A stretch of DNA of 64,000 nt from Candidatus Omnitrophota bacterium. GTDB taxonomy: Bacteria; Omnitrophota; Gorgyraeia; Zapsychrales; Zapsychraceae. Positions 59,075-64,000 of this stretch are shown one piece after another. The notes under the pieces are model-generated. The model was not told the DNA's origin. It ran no database searches and worked only from the letters and a program-made list of their open reading frames with translations. The first letter of the stretch is position 1, and each line of letters starts with the position of its first letter. Location of the stretch: the NCBI GenBank assembly GCA_050250375.1, contig JBFWOS010000001.1, forward strand, positions 544,351 to 608,350, given 5' to 3'. A program made the translations under genes and the position numbers.

Positions 59075-59096
59075 GGTTTTGAATTTCCCATACCGG

Positions 59097-59139
59097 CAAA
59101 GAAAAGGGGGACTTAATATGCATATCTGAAGCCCCCCCC
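59097..59139 (-). terminator. Intrinsic terminator after pilA
   Basis: Minus strand reads GGGGGGGCUU-(loop with AUAUGCAUAU)-AAGUCCCCC then UUUUCUUU. Confidence 0.65.
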
Positions 59140-59167
59140 TTCCTTACTGGTAATTGAATAACGAAAA

Positions 59168-59566
59168 CTATGGTGTTAAAATACCGCCTGTTGTGACAGT
59201 AAAAACAGTCGTACCTGAAGTACCTAGTGATACAGGCGTAGCTGTAAAGGAATATGACCCAGCTCCCCATGCGCAACCGAAGGTAAATCCGCTACGAGCA
59301 ACACCATCACAATAATCTTCCTGTAAATACGCCGGGACGGCTCCAGTTAAAGAAGACATGTCCAATGGATAATTTCCATTGTTGGCAGTCGCGAATGTTT
59401 CTGATGACGTTGACATTGTACGTAATGTACTTTGTGCCAAGGCATCGTTAGCTGAGATTTTGGCTCTCAGCAAATTCGGAATCGCGATAGCGGCCAGCAG
59501 AGCGATGATCGCGACAACGATCATAATTTCTACCAGCGTAAAACCTTTATTGTTTATCCTTTTCAT
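59168..59566 (-). CDS. pilA: Type IVa major pilin
   Basis: 132 aa; MKRINNKG|FTLVEIMIVVAIIALLAAIAIPNLLRAKISAN; AAGGAGG RBS. Confidence 0.9.
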   Translation of the reverse strand: MKRINNKGFTLVEIMIVVAIIALLAAIAIPNLLRAKISANDALAQSTLRTMSTSSETFATANNGNYPLDMSSLTGAVPAYLQEDYCDGVARSGFTFGCAWGAGSYSFTATPVSLGTSGTTVFTVTTGGILTP

Positions 59567-59704
59567 TTTCCTTCCTCCTTTGGATTTAGAGCCAATAGCT
59601 ACTTATTCAACCAGCGGAGAAAAAAGGAATAATGACTTTTGTTCATTTTGCCAGTTAAGTTTTCGCAACTTATTGACTCAGTTTAAATTAAGTATTTTTA
59701 TTAA

Positions 59705-59733
59705 ATTCTACATACCCTTTTAAAAGGCGTCAA
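59705..59733 (-). promoter_or_regulatory. Sigma70-type promoter TTGACG-17-TAGAAT upstream of pilA
   Basis: Read on minus strand; lies between the upstream terminator and pilA, leader ~130 nt. Confidence 0.45.
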
Positions 59734-59762
59734 TCAAATATCTACTTATTTTCTCAGAAAGA

Positions 59763-59798
59763 ACAAAAAAAACCTATTTTCCATCCGGAAAATAGGTT
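59763..59798 (-). terminator. Perfect 12-bp hairpin (AACCUAUUUUCC/GGAAAAUAGGUU) plus U-run; likely expression platform of the upstream riboswitch-like element
   Basis: Plus strand reads aaaaaaaacctattttccatccggaaaataggtt; U-tract is on the minus strand. Confidence 0.75.
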
Positions 59799-59799
59799 A

Positions 59800-59923
59800 T
59801 TGACATCTTTAAAGATGCCTGGGTCGTGGTAACTGGCTACCCTTGCTTACGCGGAGGGCCCTATAGCTTTGTGCCCCAACCTTACGGATGGTTTACCTTT
59901 GTCACATCAACAAACTGTACTAC
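59800..59923 (-). promoter_or_regulatory. Candidate c-di-GMP-I (GEMM) riboswitch aptamer in pilA leader
   Basis: Minus-strand RNA ...AAAGGUAAACCAUCCGUAAGGUUGGGGCACAAAGCUAUAGGGCCCUCCGCGUAAGCAAGGGUAGCCAGUUACCACGACCC... Shares GGYAAACCAUyCG-GNRA-...GGGrCrCAAAGC...GGUAGC...GUUACC blocks with V. cholerae Vc2 aptamer as recalled from memory. Confidence 0.5.
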
Positions 59924-59929
59924 AATCGA

Positions 59930-59958
59930 AGTATAACATCTGACTATCAACCTGTCAA
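59930..59958 (-). promoter_or_regulatory. Sigma70 promoter TTGACA-17-TATACT driving the riboswitch-like RNA
   Basis: Consensus -35 and near-consensus -10 with 17-nt spacer, 11 nt after stop of the coiled-coil gene. Confidence 0.6.
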
Positions 59959-59968
59959 ATAAGCAAGA

Positions 59969-60919
59969 CTACTGCCCCTGAGCCGATTGATCCAGCTTCT
60001 TAATATCTTCTTGGGTCCTATTAAACTTTTCTTTAAGAATACGGTTTTCTTTTTCAATAAAATATAAGTTTTCCATCAATCGTTCTATTTCCTCTTCACT
60101 GATGTCGAAGGCGGCATTTTTTTCTTTAATTTTATGATCGGCCTGGCGTAACACTTTTTCTAATGTATTTCCTTCTGTTCGCAACTCCGAGATCTCCGCA
60201 TGAATCTCATCTAATAATTTGGAATTTCGGCTCTCAAAGCTGTCTAAGTCGCCCAATACTTCTTTTTCGCCAGCTTCAGCCTTCTTATAATGATCATCCA
60301 GCAAGGCCAATTTCTGTTTCAACAAATTATTCTTTTCTTTTAGACTCTCATATCTTTCAAAAGACTTAGCATGATCTTTCTCAAAACCCTGGCTCCTGCG
60401 CTCCAACTCCTTAACGTTCGTCTGAAGAAGGTCTAATTTTCTTTCTAACGATTCATTCTCCGTTGCATGAAAAATGCTCCTCGATTCCTGATCAATTAAT
60501 TGATTCATATGCTGAATTTCATCGGTAACTATGGCTATTTCCTTTAATAACTTTTCCTCATGTTGCGATTTTGCGGGGGTCCTGCTTTTTAAGCTAAGTC
60601 CACCAGCACCCTCAACCCTTAACGGGGCTTCTTCTTTCGCCCGCAATGATGTTTGACCTTCAACCGATTTTGTTCCACGCCCATGTCCGTCTATTTGTTT
60701 TTGCAGTGAATCAATTTTCATCTCCAGAATCTTTATTTCCGAAAGGAGCCATCGATTTCTTTCGGTCATTTCTTTTGAACTCTGCTTTAGCCCGTTCAGA
60801 CTAATGGATACGGATTCCTGTGAAGATACATGCCAGTCCGTTTGGCCCAAAACTGTTTTAGGGACAATGCTGACACCTGCCAGAAAAAAAACAACCACTT
60901 TTGGTTTAATTCTCAACAT
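59969..60919 (-). CDS. Secreted coiled-coil protein of unknown function within the pilus locus
   Basis: 316 aa; signal peptide; long heptad-rich E/K/L/Q region; start 2 nt after pilC stop. Confidence 0.6.
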   Translation of the reverse strand: MLRIKPKVVVFFLAGVSIVPKTVLGQTDWHVSSQESVSISLNGLKQSSKEMTERNRWLLSEIKILEMKIDSLQKQIDGHGRGTKSVEGQTSLRAKEEAPLRVEGAGGLSLKSRTPAKSQHEEKLLKEIAIVTDEIQHMNQLIDQESRSIFHATENESLERKLDLLQTNVKELERRSQGFEKDHAKSFERYESLKEKNNLLKQKLALLDDHYKKAEAGEKEVLGDLDSFESRNSKLLDEIHAEISELRTEGNTLEKVLRQADHKIKEKNAAFDISEEEIERLMENLYFIEKENRILKEKFNRTQEDIKKLDQSAQGQ

Positions 60920-60923
60920 GCGA

Positions 60924-62132
60924 TTAAATAATCTGCGTTATGTTCATGATTGGCATGAAAAGGGCAATGACGATAAAACCAATAACAATACCCAGAACAC
61001 CTATAATAAGCGGCTCGATTATGCTGGTCAACCCTTCCACAGCCGCATCTACCTGGTCATCATAGAACTCGGATATTTTAAGTAACATTTTCTCCAACTG
61101 ACCGGATTTTTCACCGATCGCGATCATCCGCGTAACCATCGGCGGAAAGACTTTACTCTTGCTTAATGGCGGGGCAATACTTTCCCCTCCGCGCACATTA
61201 TTCTTGACCTCATCAACGACGAGTTCAAGCACCCTGTTCCCAATCGTCTTACCGACAATATCCAAAGATTCAAGGATCGGAACACCGCTTTGAATTAATG
61301 TCGCCAAAGTGCGGCTAAACCGGCTGATCGCAACCTTACGCAGCAAGTCTCCAAATATCGGCAGCTTTAACACAGCACCATCAATGACCACCGCGCCTTT
61401 GTTTGTTTTATGCCATTGCTGCAACGTGACAACCAATATAAAGAGTGCCCCCACAATCCATAATAAATATTTCTGCAAACCTTCACTGATCGCCATTAAA
61501 AGCTGGGTCATGGGAGGAAGTTCAGAATTCAGAGATGCATAAATTCCGGCAAAGGTTGGAACTACCTTAACAAGCAACAAAATGGTTATAAGGACAGCCA
61601 TGGTTACAACGACCGCCGGATAAATCAAAGCAGCCTTAACCTTGCGCCTTAATTTAAGTGTCTTTTCCATGTAGAACGAGACACGGTCAAGCACCTGCGC
61701 CAAAACACCACCGGTTTCCCCGACTCTGACCATATTAACGAATAACGTATCAAAAACCTGCGGATGCTTCGAGAACGATACAGACAAGCTGCTTCCATGC
61801 GAGATATCTTCAGCAATATTACCCAATACTTTTTTAAACATTGGATGAGTCACTTGTTCTTGTAATGCATCCAGCCCCTGAACGATTGGGATGCCGGCAT
61901 CAACCATAGTTGCTAACTGGCGGGAAAATATTACGATTTCATCAGGCTTAACCTTCTTACTCGTAAAAGAACTTTTTTTCTTACTAACCGTATCTTTGAT
62001 TTCATTAATAGATATAATGACAAGTTTTCGTTTGCGCAACTCCTCAATCACGGCAACTTTATTATCCGCTGCAATCTTGCCGGTTACGCTTTTTGATTCC
62101 TGATTTTTTGCTACATATTTGAAGGTGGCCAT
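60924..62132 (-). CDS. pilC: Type IV pilus platform protein PilC (GspF family)
   Basis: 402 aa; two T2SSF repeats, three TMs. Confidence 0.9.
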   Translation of the reverse strand: MATFKYVAKNQESKSVTGKIAADNKVAVIEELRKRKLVIISINEIKDTVSKKKSSFTSKKVKPDEIVIFSRQLATMVDAGIPIVQGLDALQEQVTHPMFKKVLGNIAEDISHGSSLSVSFSKHPQVFDTLFVNMVRVGETGGVLAQVLDRVSFYMEKTLKLRRKVKAALIYPAVVVTMAVLITILLLVKVVPTFAGIYASLNSELPPMTQLLMAISEGLQKYLLWIVGALFILVVTLQQWHKTNKGAVVIDGAVLKLPIFGDLLRKVAISRFSRTLATLIQSGVPILESLDIVGKTIGNRVLELVVDEVKNNVRGGESIAPPLSKSKVFPPMVTRMIAIGEKSGQLEKMLLKISEFYDDQVDAAVEGLTSIIEPLIIGVLGIVIGFIVIALFMPIMNITQII

Positions 62133-62194
62133 ATCACTTACCTTAATCTTGAGGAATTACTTTGTGGCATGCAGGTTGGCAAACAACTAGTTAA

Positions 62195-62222
62195 AGTATA
62201 ATTCCTGAAATCTTTTTAGCAA
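62195..62222 (-). promoter_or_regulatory. Sigma70-type promoter TTGCTA-16-TATACT upstream of pilC
   Basis: In the 240-nt AT-rich pilB-pilC spacer, minus strand. Confidence 0.45.
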
Positions 62223-62371
62223 CATCTAATCTGATAACTTTGACGAAATTATATTTATATTCAAAATATATTATCAATATAAATACATATTAATGCCTAT
62301 TTGCGTTGAACCAAACCACTTTTCTTATGTATTTTAACATTAAATCTTACCTTTAAAAGAATGAAAGTGAA

Positions 62372-64000
62372 TTAATCACTCGCCGTTATACGCAGGACTT
62401 CGTCAAGCGTCGTTTGTCCGTTTAAACACTTATCCATGGCATCCTCAAACAAGGTGCGCATTTCCTTGTTCTTTCTTGCGAATTCCTTGATAACATCGGA
62501 AGATTCGCCCTTAAGAAGAAGATTGCGGACATCATCATCAACTTCCAACAGCTCTGTGATTCCCATTCTTCCCTGATAGCCCAGGCGGCGGCATTTGTCA
62601 CACCCCTTACCACTATAAAATTTTGTATCGGCCTTAACCGGGTATTTCAGGTCATCCAACAAAGCCTTTGGAAGAGCGATTTCCTCGCGGCAAGATTGGC
62701 AAATTCTTCGGCACAGTCTTTGGGCGCTGATTAAGAAAATACTAGAGGCCACCAGAAAAGGCTCAACATCCATGTCAATCAGACGGGTCAAAGCACTTGC
62801 GGAATCATTCGTGTGTAAAGTAGAAAAAACCAACTGTCCGGTTAAAGAGGCTTTTATGGCGATATCCGCCGTTTCTCCATCACGAATTTCCCCCACCATG
62901 ACAACGTCGGGACTTTGACGTAAAATCGATCTCAATCCTTCGGCAAAAGTCAGCCCGATCTCAGGCCTCGCCTGAATTTGAGTTAACCCCTCGACTAAAT
63001 ACTCCACTGGATCCTCAACCGTAATGACATTTTTTTCCACCGTGTTTAATTTGCTGACCAATGAATACAACGTGGTTGATTTTCCGCTACCGGTCGGTCC
63101 TGTCACAAGCATCATCCCAAAGGGTTTTACGGTCGCCTCTTCCAATATTGTGAGCGCCTTATCATTAAATCCCAAGCCCGCCAACCCAACCGAAAGGCTT
63201 CCCTTATCCAGTATCCGCATAACAATCTTTTCCCCGAACGTTGTCGGAAGCATGGAGACCCGGAAATCGACTTCTTTGTTGGCAATCTTCAACTTAAAAC
63301 GTCCGTCTTGGGGCACATGACTTAATGTAATATCAAGACGCGCCATAATTTTGATTCTCACGATAACCGCATTTTGATTTTCTTTGGGGATTTCCAAAAT
63401 GTTGGTGAGAATCCCGTCTATCCGGTATCGAACCTTCATGCCGTTTGTCTTAGGCTCGATATGAATATCCGAGGCTCTTTGTTTGATGGCTTCTTTCACA
63501 ATCAGATTGACCATACGGATGATGGGGGCCTTCTCACTTTCATCCACGGAACTATCCAGGTCTTCCTCCCCATCACTTTCGGAAACAATCTCAAAATCTT
63601 CAACATCAATATCTTTACTAATCTCCGTGACACTATTTTCCGCTTTCAAACCATAGAAGCTATCAATGACTTTCAGTATTTCGTCATTTGTACTCATGAC
63701 GATCTCAATTTCTTTACCGGTTATATTTTTAAGGTCATCAATAATAAAAACATTTAGCGGGTCAGAAACCGCTATCGTCAATGTTTCATCCAGTAATGAC
63801 AACGGGATAATCTGGTACTGCCGTGCAATGCGTTCGGGAATGGTTTCCTGCAAAGCAGGATCAAACTTATATTTGGATAAATTAATAAACGGGATGTTCA
63901 ATTCGCGGACTAACAAGACCAGCAAATCTTTTTCCTTAATGAGCCCTTTCTCAACAATTGCTTTCTCTAAAGTAATGCCTTTACGTTTCTGAAAGACCAT
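62372..64000 (-). CDS. pilB: Type IV pilus assembly ATPase PilB (GspE family); N-terminus at or beyond window edge
   Basis: GSPII_E N-domain; Walker A GPTGSGKSTT; tetracysteine Zn motif; ATG occupies the last 3 nt of the window. Confidence 0.9.
   Translation of the reverse strand: MVFQKRKGITLEKAIVEKGLIKEKDLLVLLVRELNIPFINLSKYKFDPALQETIPERIARQYQIIPLSLLDETLTIAVSDPLNVFIIDDLKNITGKEIEIVMSTNDEILKVIDSFYGLKAENSVTEISKDIDVEDFEIVSESDGEEDLDSSVDESEKAPIIRMVNLIVKEAIKQRASDIHIEPKTNGMKVRYRIDGILTNILEIPKENQNAVIVRIKIMARLDITLSHVPQDGRFKLKIANKEVDFRVSMLPTTFGEKIVMRILDKGSLSVGLAGLGFNDKALTILEEATVKPFGMMLVTGPTGSGKSTTLYSLVSKLNTVEKNVITVEDPVEYLVEGLTQIQARPEIGLTFAEGLRSILRQSPDVVMVGEIRDGETADIAIKASLTGQLVFSTLHTNDSASALTRLIDMDVEPFLVASSIFLISAQRLCRRICQSCREEIALPKALLDDLKYPVKADTKFYSGKGCDKCRRLGYQGRMGITELLEVDDDVRNLLLKGESSDVIKEFARKNKEMRTLFEDAMDKCLNGQTTLDEVLRITASD

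Noticed and set aside
59058-59276. 72-aa minus-strand ORF overlapping the 3' end of pilA
   Set aside because: Out-of-frame overlap with the well-supported pilA; no RBS; spans the pilA terminator.
59567-59770. Searched for a sigma54 (GG-N10-GC) promoter upstream of pilA, as in Pseudomonas/Myxococcus
   Set aside because: TGGCA is present but no correctly spaced GC element. A sigma70-like TTGACG-17-TAGAAT is present instead, and no pilR/pilS genes are in the locus.
59763-59923. Considered 6S RNA or a generic trans-acting sRNA for the promoter-plus-terminator RNA upstream of pilA
   Set aside because: No 6S-like closing stem/central bubble. Sequence blocks instead match the GEMM riboswitch consensus, and the element sits in the leader of pilA, favouring a cis-regulator.
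64000-64000. Treating pilB as complete because an ATG sits exactly at the window end
   Set aside because: No in-window stop upstream, so the true start is probably beyond the edge. PilB homologs usually have 10-20 or more residues before the aligned N-domain; flagged as partial.

Overview
The window is a contiguous, fully minus-strand stretch from a low-GC diderm bacterium; every gene called here (about 78 CDS and 2 tRNAs) reads right to left. The lineage is unclear.

Coordinates 41052..1 carry an essentially complete translation/transcription supercluster plus aroQ-pepP-efp-accB-accC. Read in transcription order (descending coordinates) it runs:
- tRNA-Thr, rpmG, tRNA-Trp, secE, nusG, rplKAJL, rpoB, rpoC
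- rpsL, rpsG, fusA, tuf
- S10 operon, then the spc operon ending secY-adk-map-infA-rpmJ
- the alpha operon rpsMKD-rpoA-rplQ
- aspC, pilT, icd
- a lipB / lipoyl-carrier / GT2 / TonB-like / DUF1844 group
- aroQ-pepP-efp-accB-accC

Coordinates 64000..41052 hold a complete type IVa pilus locus followed by housekeeping genes:
- pilB(edge)-pilC, a secreted coiled-coil protein, then the regulatory element below
- monocistronic pilA, two minor pilins, a 567-aa PilX-N-domain protein and a small membrane protein
- pilMNOPQ, then rng, rplU, obg-proBA-nadD, pgm/pmm, plsC, rpsA, tyrS

The most interesting non-coding feature sits between the coiled-coil gene and pilA. It has a strong sigma70 promoter (TTGACA-17-TATACT), about 130 nt of RNA that matches the GEMM / c-di-GMP-I riboswitch consensus, and a perfect 12-bp intrinsic terminator. 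This suggests c-di-GMP control of major pilin expression.

Other notable points:
- An EF-hand-like calcium loop (DxDxDGxLDxxE) in a minor pilin.
- A beta-helix-like putative tip adhesin with a PilX N-terminus.
- A lipB gene translationally coupled to a standalone 88-aa lipoyl-domain protein.
- A 59-nt rpoC/rpsL overlap.
- Lineage-specific extensions on L17, S5 and L3.
- Absence of rpmD and of rpmA at their canonical positions.

No mobile elements, CRISPR arrays or rRNA were seen.
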